A stretch of 33,680 nucleotides of DNA, from the IMG/VR virus record IMGVR_UViG_3300035154_000029, positions 1 to 33,680 of that record; one strand, written 5' to 3'. The first letter of the stretch is position 1, and every line of letters begins with the position of its first letter. A program made the position numbers and the translations under genes. This document shows, in pieces, positions 1 through 8,782 of the stretch. Source of the stretch: a virus (Duplodnaviria > Caudoviricetes). Under the pieces are notes generated by a model. That model was not told the DNA's origin, made no database searches, and saw only the letters and a list, made by a program, of their open reading frames with translations.

Positions 1-105
1 AGCGGCGGTAACCAGTACGCCGGTCGCGAGCACTTCACGTCGGAGGTCGTGTACGAAGACGGCGAAGCGTTCCTGGAGATCGTTTTCGGGTTCGGTGTCG
101 CGTGA
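1..105 (+). CDS. Hypothetical protein, 3' partial (SGGNQYAG...IVFGFGVA*)
   Basis: Frame 1 is open from the window edge to TGA 103-105, with a GTGA overlap into the next gene. Confidence 0.6.
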   Translation, partial: SGGNQYAGREHFTSEVVYEDGEAFLEIVFGFGVA

Positions 106-473
106 TCGAAGTCGACGTGGAAGACGGCTGGCTCCTGGTCACCGCCATCAACCGGACCAACGGCGAGGCGACGACCGGCACCTACGCCCTGAAGACCGTG
201 GGCGAGGCCAGCGGCGGCCGCCAGCGCCTGGTGGCCATCGGCATGAACGAGGAGGACCAGGACCAGACCTTCGTCCTGGCCACCCGCCCGGCAGGTAGCG
301 AACCGCCCGAGGTCGAGCCGTACCAGGAGCTGATCCGTGGCCTGATCGCCGCCGACACGCCGTGTCCTGACCAGGCCTGCCGCTTCTCCGTGCTCCAGCA
401 CCTGACCGGGAGCCTGACCGACGACCAGCGAGCGATGATCAAGGCCGTGGCGCCGGACTTCTGGGAGGTCTGA
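102..473 (+). CDS. Hypothetical phage protein (123 aa)
   Basis: GC3-rich ORF, translationally coupled at both ends (GTGA, TGATG). Confidence 0.75.
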   Translation: MIEVDVEDGWLLVTAINRTNGEATTGTYALKTVGEASGGRQRLVAIGMNEEDQDQTFVLATRPAGSEPPEVEPYQELIRGLIAADTPCPDQACRFSVLQHLTGSLTDDQRAMIKAVAPDFWEV

Positions 474-718
474 TGGACACCTGGACGGAGTTCGCCGTGC
501 GCATCCGGACCGGCGCCGGGGAGGTGCGGCACGTGGTGGTCGACGGCCCCGAGCCGCACCACGTCGGCCAGTACGCCCGGCGGCCGGCCGATGACGGCTC
601 GAACCGCACGGTGCCCGATATGGACGCGCTCCGCCAGCGCACGGTCCGCGCCACCGAGTGGCGGCGCCCGAGCACGATCATGCTGGACGCGCTGAAGCGG
701 AAGCTGGAGACCTCATGA
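473..718 (+). CDS. Hypothetical phage protein (81 aa)
   Basis: GGAGG RBS and TGATG overlap. Confidence 0.7.
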   Translation: MDTWTEFAVRIRTGAGEVRHVVVDGPEPHHVGQYARRPADDGSNRTVPDMDALRQRTVRATEWRRPSTIMLDALKRKLETS

Positions 719-816
719 ACCCCTGGTGGTTGCTGCTGATCATCCCGGGCGCGGTCGCGCTGGGTGTGCTCGGGGTCGTGCTCTACATCATGTGGAGCTG
801 GAGGGACATCCTGTGA
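715..816 (+). CDS. Small single-TM membrane protein (33 aa, MNPWWLLLIIPGAVALGVLGVVLYIMWSWRDIL)
   Basis: Below the ORF-track cutoff. ATGA overlap upstream, GTGA overlap downstream, GGAG RBS, one hydrophobic helix. Confidence 0.75.
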   Translation: MNPWWLLLIIPGAVALGVLGVVLYIMWSWRDIL

Positions 817-1184
817 AGCAACCGGGCTGTTGCGGTGGGTGCGGCGGGGACGGCGTCGACCCGACCGCGTACGAGTCCAACGGTCAGTGCTGGGACTGTC
901 ACGGCACCGGGCACGCGCACGAAGGCCGCTGCCGCTCGCGCTTCCTGGACTGGTGGCACCTGAGGGAGGGCTCCATGGTCTTCACCGCGATGGTGTGGAC
1001 GATCCTCACGACCGCCTTCGGTGCCCCCCTGGCCTACGGCCTTATGCCGTGGCTGGTCGCACTGGGCGCGTGCGTCTCGGTGGGTCCGGCCCTGCTCGCG
1101 ATCGCGGGCATGATCGTCCTGGGCAAGCTGGCCGACCGGCAGATCGGGCGGTACGGCCCGCTGCCCGCCAGGCGTGACCAGTGA
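813..1184 (+). CDS. Membrane protein with N-terminal DnaJ-like CxxCxGxG zinc-finger repeats
   Basis: CGGCGGDG and CWDCHGTG motifs followed by two hydrophobic segments; GTG start overlaps the previous stop. Confidence 0.7.
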   Translation: MKQPGCCGGCGGDGVDPTAYESNGQCWDCHGTGHAHEGRCRSRFLDWWHLREGSMVFTAMVWTILTTAFGAPLAYGLMPWLVALGACVSVGPALLAIAGMIVLGKLADRQIGRYGPLPARRDQ

Positions 1185-1516
1185 AGCGGCGGTGCTGGTG
1201 GTGCCACGTCCAGGTGACCGGCTGGCGGGCATGGGTGACGTTGCTGCCCGAGTGCGAAGACTGCACCACGCCGTTCGCGCACCGGTACGCCAGCCGCTGG
1301 GGCGCTTCGCCCACTCCGCAACAGCACCCGGACCGGCGTCACTGCGAGTGGTGCGCGATCGAGCTGGCCCGCTGGCGCGTCGCCCTGGGCAAGCGGCACT
1401 GCGCGGTGTGCTCGCCGAAGATCCACGGGGACGCGGGCATCTACTGCCAGACCGGCGGGCCGCCCTGTTCGATGGGCGCCCGCCGTGGACAGACCGAACG
1501 AAAGGCACGCCGATGA
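1181..1516 (+). CDS. Cys-rich hypothetical protein (four CxxC pairs)
   Basis: CWWC, CEDC, CEWC, CAVC; coupled overlaps at both ends. Confidence 0.6.
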   Translation: MKRRCWWCHVQVTGWRAWVTLLPECEDCTTPFAHRYASRWGASPTPQQHPDRRHCEWCAIELARWRVALGKRHCAVCSPKIHGDAGIYCQTGGPPCSMGARRGQTERKARR

Positions 1517-1725
1517 TCACGCTCACTTCGGAGCAGTCGAAGGCGCTGCGCGACCGGCTGGCCTTCGAGCTGTTCGACGACGAAGGATGCGTAGGCGCGG
1601 ATCCTGACCGCTTCGGCGGCCGCGAGGAGGCGGAGGCGGTTGCTGACTACCTGGCCAAGGCCGTCCGCCAGGCGCTAGAGCTGCCCGGATCACAGCCGAC
1701 CTCATGGCGCCAGCTGACCCGTTAG
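1513..1725 (+). CDS. Hypothetical protein (70 aa, MITLTSEQ...)
   Basis: ATGA overlap, AAAGG RBS; C-terminal part of track ORF 1174..1725. Confidence 0.7.
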   Translation: MITLTSEQSKALRDRLAFELFDDEGCVGADPDRFGGREEAEAVADYLAKAVRQALELPGSQPTSWRQLTR

Positions 1726-1825
1726 TCACCGATGGGACCCGGGTGAAACAGGAGGGCCGGGGCAGGCGCGGTAGTGGGCTGAGCCCGCGTCACGGGGTAG
1801 GGGTGGACGAAAGGGATGATCATGC

Positions 1826-1966
1826 GTGGCTGGACAACACCGAGCACCCGAAGGGCCCGAAGAGGAGGACGTGGAGACCTCCGTCCGGAAGGCCTTCCTC
1901 GCTGGAGTGGTAGCCGGGTGGGCCCTGATCCTGCTGGCCTGGATCGTCGTGCTGGCGGCGACCTGA
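1826..1966 (+). CDS. Small membrane protein (46 aa; alternative GTG start at 1871)
   Basis: Below the track cutoff. Translates to (M)AGQHRAPEGPEEEDVETSVRKAFLAGVVAGWALILLAWIVVLAAT with one TM helix; GAGGAGG precedes 1871. Confidence 0.55.
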   Translation: MAGQHRAPEGPEEEDVETSVRKAFLAGVVAGWALILLAWIVVLAAT

Positions 1967-1974
1967 CCGAAGAC

Positions 1975-2253
1975 GTGCTGGACGCGCTCGCCGTGTACCG
2001 CATCGTCCGCTTCATCCAGCGGGACAGCCTGATCGAGACTCAGCGCGAGCAGGTGATCAACCGCTGGGGTGGCGGACACCTCCGCCTCGGAGAGCTGCTT
2101 CAGTGCCCATGGTGCCTGAGCATCTGGGTCGCCGCCGGGGTCGTCGTCGCCCGCGCCATGACCCCACGAGTCTGGGGCAAGATCGCGCGCGGTCTGGCAT
2201 TCTCAGCGGGAGCCGGGGTGATCACGGGCCTGGTGGACAAGCTGGACGATTAG
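1975..2253 (+). CDS. DUF1360-like membrane protein (start uncertain)
   Basis: LAVYRIVRFIQRD...ELLQCPWCLSIWVA pattern (CxWC) and position directly before the portal. Confidence 0.75.
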   Translation: MLDALAVYRIVRFIQRDSLIETQREQVINRWGGGHLRLGELLQCPWCLSIWVAAGVVVARAMTPRVWGKIARGLAFSAGAGVITGLVDKLDD

Positions 2254-2273
2254 CGAGAGGGAACGGTGCGTTA

Positions 2274-4913
2274 ATGCCTCTCTTCGGCCGCCGACGTGAG
2301 AAGCCCTCACCCCGCGTGATGACCGCCGCCGGTCGAGTCGTCGATCTCCGAGACCGCGACACCGTGGCCACGCTCGCCATGACCCGGATGGCCTGGCAGG
2401 CCGTCGCCTGGAACTACCGCAACAGCATCGGCGAGCTGGGCCAGGCCCTGCGGATGAAGGCCAACCTGCTGAGCAAGCTGGGCTGGACCGCCGCCTACCA
2501 GCCGCCCGGCGAGGATGAGCCGATCCTGCTCACCGGCGACCCGGAGAAGGACAAGGACGAAGACGGCAAGCCGTACGTCCCGCCGCACGTCGCACAGGCC
2601 GCGATCGAGTGCATCCAGCAACTGCCCTGGGGAAAGGGCTACGGCTTCACCGGCCGGCTCTCCACGGGCTTCGACGTGCCGGGCGAGGTGTGGCTACACG
2701 GGTTCCCCGACCCGGAGACCGGCGACGAGTCGTGGGAGGTCCGCTCCAGCTCCGAGGTGACCCCGAGCACCGGCGGCGGCCTGCTGGTCACCACCGTGCC
2801 GGGCAAGCCCCCGCGTGAGCTGGACCCGGATGAGGAGACGCTGATCCGGCTGTGGGCTCCGCACCCCGAGTGGGGCGAGCTGTCGGACTCCCCACTCCGG
2901 ACCCTGCTGGACGTGTGCGAGGACGTGGTGCTGGCCGGCCGGGAGATCCGCGCGGCCGCCATGTCCCGGATCGCCTCGAACGGGATCCTGTTCATCCCCG
3001 AGGGCATGGCCCTGGTAAAGCCTGACCAGGAGACCGTTCGCCCGAACGAGAACGGCTTCGCGGCCGCCTTCACCGCCAGCATGACCGCGCCGATCAACAA
3101 CGAGGGCCACGTCTCCGCCGTCGTGCCGATCGTCGTCTACGGCGACCCCGAGGACGGCCAGTACATCAAGCACATCACCTTGGACCGGGCGACCGCCGGT
3201 GACGTGATCGAGCGCCAGAAGGCGTCCCTGGACCGGCTCGCCGACGGGATCGACCTGCCGCGCGAGGCGATGCGCGGGAGCCTGGGCGAGGCGAACCACT
3301 GGAGCGCCTGGCTGATCGACGCCCAGACGTTCGAGAACCACCTTGAGCCCGGCGCGCGCATGATCGCCGACTCGGTGACCCAGAGCTACTTCCGGCGTCG
3401 GCTCATGATGTCCGTGGCGGACGGCGGCTGGGGCCTCACGGTCGATGAGGTCGCGCTGGTCCGGTGCTGGTTCGACGCCAGCACCATCACCCGCAACACC
3501 AACCGCTCCGCCGACGCCGACGCGGCGATGGACCGGGGCGCGCTCAGCTACGACGCCTACCTGAAGGCGAAGGGCTTCGACCCGGCGGACAAGGCCGATG
3601 AGGATGACCTCCAGCGCCTCCAGATGATCAAGTCCGGGCGCCTGGACCCGGCCACCATGACCCAGCTTGCGCACGTGCTGCTCGGGCTGAAGGAAGTCCT
3701 GCCCGCCAGCGACCAGATCATCGGCGCCGACGGACGCCCGATCATCCAGGGCCAGGTGGTGCCTCAGCGCCAGCTCCCGCCCGGCCAGCCGGCCGACGCG
3801 GGCCCAAACCAGCCGCCGCCCGCACCCGGGCGCGGTCCGGGGCAGGGGACGCCGCCGGTGCCTGCCGGGGCGCGGACTGCCGCCGGGGCGCAGGGGGTAC
3901 TCGATTCAGTACGGATCATCGACGGCGAGGCGCTCGCCGACATCGACCGCCAGCTGATCGAAGCGATCCGGCACGCGGCGGAGGCGGAGCTGGCAGCGGC
4001 CCTGCGGAAGGCCGGGAACAAGATCAAGGCGTCGGCCCAGGGCAAGCCCGAGCTGGCCCAGCTGGTCAACGGCGCGGACCCGCTCGCGGTGGGTCAGATG
4101 GTGGGTTACGACCGGCTGGCCGAACTCGGGCTCACGGAGGATGTGCTGCTCGCGGCGGCCTTCGTCTACCTCCAGTCGAAGTTCACCAGCTGGACCCAGG
4201 TGGCGATCAAGAACGCGGTCCTGGCGGCGGCCACGCTGATCGGGTTCCCATTGGTCACCACTCAGGCGATCGCCAGCGCCATGGCGGAGCGGATCCCGGC
4301 GGCCTGGAAGCGGCTCGAATCCAGCCTTCGCTCCCGGGCGATGTCCGCGCTCTACGGCCGGAAGGGCGACACCCTGCCCGACGGCGAGGTGCCGGATACG
4401 ATCATCCTGCCCGGCGACATCCGGGAGGCCCTGGCGGAGATCGGCGGACCGGCCAAGGGCAACGGCCCCGGCGGGCTCGCGCTCGGTGGGGACATCCTGC
4501 GGGAGATCGACCAGCGCGCCGTGGCCCTCGGGTTCACCTGGCGCTACGGCGTCACCCCGCGCGCCCGCGCCTTCCACCCACACCGCGAGCTGGCCGGCGA
4601 ACGGTTCGAGTCGTACGCGGACGACCGGCTGGTGCCCGCCCCGGCGTACGCCTGGCTGGGCTCCCACATGCACCCCGGCGACCACGGCGGTTGCATGTGC
4701 GACGCGGTGCCCGCCTGGGCGCTCGGAGAGGCCGACAGCGCGGCGCACGCGGTCATCACGCCCGACAGCCCGTCGATGCACTCGGAGCGCGTCCTGGCCC
4801 AGCTGGACGACGCGGCGGGCCGCGTGGGCACGCACAGCCAGCGCACCCGTGACGAACGGGACCGTATGGTCGAAGTCCAAACAGCGTGGATCGACCGGAG
4901 GGCACCCCGATGA
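2274..4913 (+). CDS. Portal protein fused via a Pro-rich linker to a MuF-like minor head domain
   Basis: WQAVAWNYRNSIGEL, IRLWAPHP...DSP and NHWSAW resemble actinophage portals; C-terminal HPGDHGGCMCD resembles the MuF His/Cys motif; GAGGG RBS before ATG 2274. Confidence 0.85.
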   Translation: MPLFGRRREKPSPRVMTAAGRVVDLRDRDTVATLAMTRMAWQAVAWNYRNSIGELGQALRMKANLLSKLGWTAAYQPPGEDEPILLTGDPEKDKDEDGKPYVPPHVAQAAIECIQQLPWGKGYGFTGRLSTGFDVPGEVWLHGFPDPETGDESWEVRSSSEVTPSTGGGLLVTTVPGKPPRELDPDEETLIRLWAPHPEWGELSDSPLRTLLDVCEDVVLAGREIRAAAMSRIASNGILFIPEGMALVKPDQETVRPNENGFAAAFTASMTAPINNEGHVSAVVPIVVYGDPEDGQYIKHITLDRATAGDVIERQKASLDRLADGIDLPREAMRGSLGEANHWSAWLIDAQTFENHLEPGARMIADSVTQSYFRRRLMMSVADGGWGLTVDEVALVRCWFDASTITRNTNRSADADAAMDRGALSYDAYLKAKGFDPADKADEDDLQRLQMIKSGRLDPATMTQLAHVLLGLKEVLPASDQIIGADGRPIIQGQVVPQRQLPPGQPADAGPNQPPPAPGRGPGQGTPPVPAGARTAAGAQGVLDSVRIIDGEALADIDRQLIEAIRHAAEAELAAALRKAGNKIKASAQGKPELAQLVNGADPLAVGQMVGYDRLAELGLTEDVLLAAAFVYLQSKFTSWTQVAIKNAVLAAATLIGFPLVTTQAIASAMAERIPAAWKRLESSLRSRAMSALYGRKGDTLPDGEVPDTIILPGDIREALAEIGGPAKGNGPGGLALGGDILREIDQRAVALGFTWRYGVTPRARAFHPHRELAGERFESYADDRLVPAPAYAWLGSHMHPGDHGGCMCDAVPAWALGEADSAAHAVITPDSPSMHSERVLAQLDDAAGRVGTHSQRTRDERDRMVEVQTAWIDRRAPR

Positions 4914-5359
4914 GCTGGATCAAGCGCGCACGCGGCAACGGCCCCGAGGCGCGAACGCTCGGGCACACGGAGGCGTACACGCCGCTGGAAGGGCCCGCCC
5001 CGGGGAAGGTGCCCGGCACGGCAGGGTTCGACCTGATCGAAGCCCGCCGGGTGCTGGAGGACCACCGCGCCTGCGCGCCGCACTGCGACCAGCGCATCCT
5101 CCACGCGCCTGGCGACTGCTGGGCGTGTGACCTGTATCCGGACTGGCAGGAGCTGCGGACGAAGTGGGGCATCGCCTTCACCGGTCACCAGCCGGAGGTG
5201 GAGACGGCCAACCTGATGACCGGCGCCAGCGAAGAGCCAGTCAAGACGATCACGATCAAGCGCGAGCTGCCCTGTCCGGCCGACTTCAACCGACCTCCGG
5301 ACTCGAAGTCCGACCACCGCCAGTGGGGTCCGAACACTGCCCAGGGAGAGCGCCCGTGA
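4910..5359 (+). CDS. Hypothetical His/Cys-motif phage protein (149 aa)
   Basis: GGAGG RBS, ATGA overlap, PHCDQRILHAPGDCWACD motif. Confidence 0.75.
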   Translation: MSWIKRARGNGPEARTLGHTEAYTPLEGPAPGKVPGTAGFDLIEARRVLEDHRACAPHCDQRILHAPGDCWACDLYPDWQELRTKWGIAFTGHQPEVETANLMTGASEEPVKTITIKRELPCPADFNRPPDSKSDHRQWGPNTAQGERP

Positions 5360-7677
5360 CGCCCGAGGAGATCGCCAACCGGGACGCGCTCCGACGCTTC
5401 CTCTTCGCCGCCGGTCCCGAGATCCAGACCGGCGGCATGATCGCGCTCATCCCCGACAACCCGCAGGCCTTCACTGTGCCCGGCGGCGACCCGGCGTCGA
5501 ACATCCACATGACGCTGTGCTTCCTCGGTGACGTGGCCGGGCTGGACGACGCCACGACGGCGGAGCTGGTGCGGCGCGTGCAGATCATGGCCGCCGACAA
5601 CGCACCTCTGGAGATGCGGGTCCAGGGCGTCGGGATCTGGAACCGCGACGGCGGGGACACCGGCGACCGCCAGCCGTCCACGAACACGCTGCTTCAGCCG
5701 ACGGATCAGGCCATGGGGTACCAGGACTACGCGAACGCCATCGGGCGCGAGGTGCTGGGCGAGGGCCGCTACCCCGAGCAGTTCCGGCCGTGGGCGCCGC
5801 ACATCTGCGCAGGCTACGACCTGGATCCGGCCAACCTGCCCACGCACGACGGCATGGTCCGCTTCTCGAAGATCCGCCTGGCGCTCGCCGGGAAGGACCA
5901 GGACTTCGTGTTGGCCGGCCGACCGCCCGACTCGGGCACGTATTCACAGGATGGAGTGGTGGAGATGACGACCGACACGAAGGTGGAGGCCAAGCCCGCC
6001 GCTGCCGAAGCCCCGGAGGTCGGCAAGGCCCGGCCGGATGGCACGCTCCCCGCGTTCTTCCCCTGCCTGGCGATCGAAGGCGTGGAGACGGCGGACGGGC
6101 GCTTCATCCAGCCGGGCGCGCTCGAACTCCGCAAGCCGCCGCTGTCGCTGTTCGCCCAGTACGTCAACACCGGCCAGGGCGGCCACTCGGGTGCCGAGAT
6201 CATCGGCAACCTGAAGGAGGCCTGGAAGATCCCCGGCCCCGAGTTCATCAGCCGCCAGACCGGCGAGGCGCTGCCCGAGGGGACCTACGTCTGGCAGGGG
6301 CGCGGCGAGGTCGACGGGAACACCACCGGCGGCGGGCTGTTCGCCAAGAAGTACTTGCGCGGCAACAGCATCGACCTGTCCGAGGTGGACGCCTACGACG
6401 ACGTGACCTTCGACGAAGACGCGGAGCACCACCGCGTGGTCGTGACGAAGGGCTTCCTGTCCGCCAGCACGCTGTGTGCCATCCCGGCCTTCCCTGACGC
6501 GTACGCGGAGATCGAAGGCGAGGAGGGCGGCTACAGCGCACCGGTGGAGGAGCTGGGCGGGGAGTACCCGCACACGCTGGAGGGCCTGAAGGACTTCCTG
6601 CGGGACCAGGGCATTCAGCCGATCGTGGCCAGTGTCTCGATCCCCGAGCTGGGAGACGCGTGCTCGCCGTGCCTGGCGGAGGAGCTGGGCACGCTGCCGC
6701 CCGCGCTGGCGAAGAACGCCGCGAAGAAGAAGGCGGCCGCGAAGGGCAGCAAGGCCGACGACGCGGAGGACGCCAAGGACGGTGGCGCCGACGAAGACAC
6801 CGAGGGCGACGACGGGAAGCCCGCGTTCCTGAAGAAGAAGATCTCCGCGAAGACGGCGTCCGGCGGGCCCGACCTGCCGCCGGTGGAGTGGTTCACGGAC
6901 CCCGGCCTGGACGGCCCGACGCCGCTCCAGATCGACCCGGAGAGCGGCCGGATCTTCGGGCACATCGCGACCTGGGGCACCTGCCACATCGGGATTTCGA
7001 AGCGGTGCACGCCGCCGCCGCGCTCGAAGAGTGACTACGCCTACTTCAACGTCGGCGCCCTGCGGGCAGCGGAGATCAGCCCGGTCGACGGCGCGGTCCA
7101 GATGCGCACCGTGGGGGTGGGGCACCTGACCATGAACACCGGCCACGCGAGCCTGAGCGCGAGCATGGCGGAGACCATGGCCCACTACGACAACACCGGT
7201 ACCGTGGCGGCGGACGTGGCGGCCGGTGAGGACCGGCACGGCATCTGGGTGGCCGGCCGCCTCCGGCCTGAACTGTCGGAGACGGACCTCCACCGGCTGA
7301 TGGCGGCTCCGCCCTCGGGTGACTGGCGTTCCCGGGACGGCGCGCTGGAGCTGGTTGGCGTGCTCGCCGTCAACGTGCCCGGCTACCCGGTGCCGCGTGC
7401 GCGCGTGGCGTCCGGTGCGCCGGAGACTCCGTTCGCACTGGTCGCCGCTGGAGCGACGAAGCCCGCGAGCGCCTTCGGACCGGACGGGCTCGACCTGGAC
7501 GACTTCGCCGACCGGGTGAGCGCCAAGATCATCGGCGCCCTGGCGAAGATCGCACCCGAGGTGCTCGCGGCGGACCCCGCACTGGCCGGCCAGCAGGAAG
7601 CGGCCGCCCTGGAGCTGGCCCAGCTGGAGGCCGTGGAGGGGATGCGCCCTTTCTCGGGGACCCCGTCAGTGCTCTAG
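5356..7677 (+). CDS. Capsid maturation protease with N-terminal 2H phosphoesterase (2'-5' RNA ligase-like) domain
   Basis: HMTL (5506) and PHIC (5800) fit paired 2H motifs. EGVETADGR, WFTDP, GHIATWGTCHIG, HYDNTG and SGDWR...AVNVPGYPVPR resemble actinophage head proteases. GTGA overlap at the start. Confidence 0.8.
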   Translation: MTPEEIANRDALRRFLFAAGPEIQTGGMIALIPDNPQAFTVPGGDPASNIHMTLCFLGDVAGLDDATTAELVRRVQIMAADNAPLEMRVQGVGIWNRDGGDTGDRQPSTNTLLQPTDQAMGYQDYANAIGREVLGEGRYPEQFRPWAPHICAGYDLDPANLPTHDGMVRFSKIRLALAGKDQDFVLAGRPPDSGTYSQDGVVEMTTDTKVEAKPAAAEAPEVGKARPDGTLPAFFPCLAIEGVETADGRFIQPGALELRKPPLSLFAQYVNTGQGGHSGAEIIGNLKEAWKIPGPEFISRQTGEALPEGTYVWQGRGEVDGNTTGGGLFAKKYLRGNSIDLSEVDAYDDVTFDEDAEHHRVVVTKGFLSASTLCAIPAFPDAYAEIEGEEGGYSAPVEELGGEYPHTLEGLKDFLRDQGIQPIVASVSIPELGDACSPCLAEELGTLPPALAKNAAKKKAAAKGSKADDAEDAKDGGADEDTEGDDGKPAFLKKKISAKTASGGPDLPPVEWFTDPGLDGPTPLQIDPESGRIFGHIATWGTCHIGISKRCTPPPRSKSDYAYFNVGALRAAEISPVDGAVQMRTVGVGHLTMNTGHASLSASMAETMAHYDNTGTVAADVAAGEDRHGIWVAGRLRPELSETDLHRLMAAPPSGDWRSRDGALELVGVLAVNVPGYPVPRARVASGAPETPFALVAAGATKPASAFGPDGLDLDDFADRVSAKIIGALAKIAPEVLAADPALAGQQEAAALELAQLEAVEGMRPFSGTPSVL

Positions 7678-7712
7678 CGCTGTCGGAGTGGTCGGATGAA
7701 GAGCTGGCCACG

Positions 7713-8024
7713 GTGGTGGACGCCTGGACAGCGGAGTTCCCCGAGCTGATCGCGGCAGACGAGTTCGCCGCGACGGAGTTCAACTGGGTGGACAAGGTCG
7801 GCGGCCTGCCCAGCTTCATCAAGCGGATCGTGAAGCACCTCTCCGCCAAGGGGATGGACAAGTCGCGCGCGATCGCGACGGCTGTCAATGTGGTCAAGAA
7901 GATGTGCGCCAGCGGGGACACGAACTGGCCCGGCAAGCAGGACGTGAACGCGGGTAGCCGCGCGGAGGCCTGCGGGGCGGTGGCCGACTGGGAGCGAAAG
8001 AAGGCCCAGGCGCACGCCAGCTGA
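7713..8024 (+). CDS. Head-associated domain (FNWVDKVGGLP...WERKKA), probably a -1 frameshift extension of the protease
   Basis: Coding-like ORF in the -1 frame, open back to the slippery heptamer at 7647; its own RBS is weak. Confidence 0.7.
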   Translation: MVDAWTAEFPELIAADEFAATEFNWVDKVGGLPSFIKRIVKHLSAKGMDKSRAIATAVNVVKKMCASGDTNWPGKQDVNAGSRAEACGAVADWERKKAQAHAS

Positions 8025-8039
8025 TCCGGGGAGGGATCG

Positions 8040-8450
8040 ATGATCGTGCGCCAGCGGAGGGTTCAAGAGAGGTTCGCGCTTTCGGTGGTGCTGGTCGTCG
8101 GCCAGATCTCGATCGCGGTCTTCTACCTGTTCCCCGGCTTCCTCGCGCCAGCCCGGCCAACCACCACCGTGGTGGTCGCGGCGCTCGGCTCCATGGGTCC
8201 TATCTGGACTGTGTGGTTTGGACTCACGGGCTTAGGCCTCCTGGCGGCCCTGGCAACCCATAGACTGCTCCATGTAGCCCATGCTGCTACAGCCAGTAGC
8301 TGGTTGGGCTTCGCCTTCGCCCTGGTGGTGGGCGCCGTCGCCACCGGCGGGACCTACTTGCTCCCGGCATCGAGCCTGCTGCTGGGGGCGGTGAACCTGG
8401 TCGTGGCATCGAGCTACAGCCGCGACGAAGGCAGAGGGAGCCCTGAGTGA
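8040..8450 (+). CDS. Four-TM membrane protein (holin-like candidate)
   Basis: Four hydrophobic segments; GGGAGG RBS. Confidence 0.65.
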   Translation: MIVRQRRVQERFALSVVLVVGQISIAVFYLFPGFLAPARPTTTVVVAALGSMGPIWTVWFGLTGLGLLAALATHRLLHVAHAATASSWLGFAFALVVGAVATGGTYLLPASSLLLGAVNLVVASSYSRDEGRGSPE

Positions 8451-8782
8451 GCCTACTTACGGTCTTGGGGGGCGTAGGTGCCCTCCTGTTCTCGCTGGTG
8501 ACGTTCGCCGTCGCACTGCTCACCTTCCGGGCGCAGCGCAAGGGCAAGGAGGCAGTGGACGCCCGCGAGGCCGCCGAACTGGGTATCGTGATGCTCCGGT
8601 GGTCTACCCAGGTCCGCCGACTCGCCGCGCTGAGCGGATGGGACCAGGACCCGGCATGGCCTCCGTTGCCGGAAGAGGCGACGCCCGGGTACTTGCGCGG
8701 CCGGGCGGAGGCGAACGATAACCACGAGCTGAAGCAGTTCGTGGAGATCGCGCAGAAGCTAGCCAAGGGTGACCAAAAGTGA
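8447..8782 (+). CDS. Membrane protein with N-terminal TM helix
   Basis: GTGA overlaps at both ends; hydrophobic N-terminus. Confidence 0.7.
   Translation: MSLLTVLGGVGALLFSLVTFAVALLTFRAQRKGKEAVDAREAAELGIVMLRWSTQVRRLAALSGWDQDPAWPPLPEEATPGYLRGRAEANDNHELKQFVEIAQKLAKGDQK

Noticed and set aside
2103-2273. Upstream extensions given by the ORF track (also 5164, 10765, 17799, 20721, 31567)
   Set aside because: They overlap upstream genes or intergenic signals; downstream starts have an RBS or coupled overlaps.
3803-3809. In-frame C CCA AAC heptamer in the portal linker
   Set aside because: The -1 frame does not look coding and I see no clear stimulatory element; probably chance.
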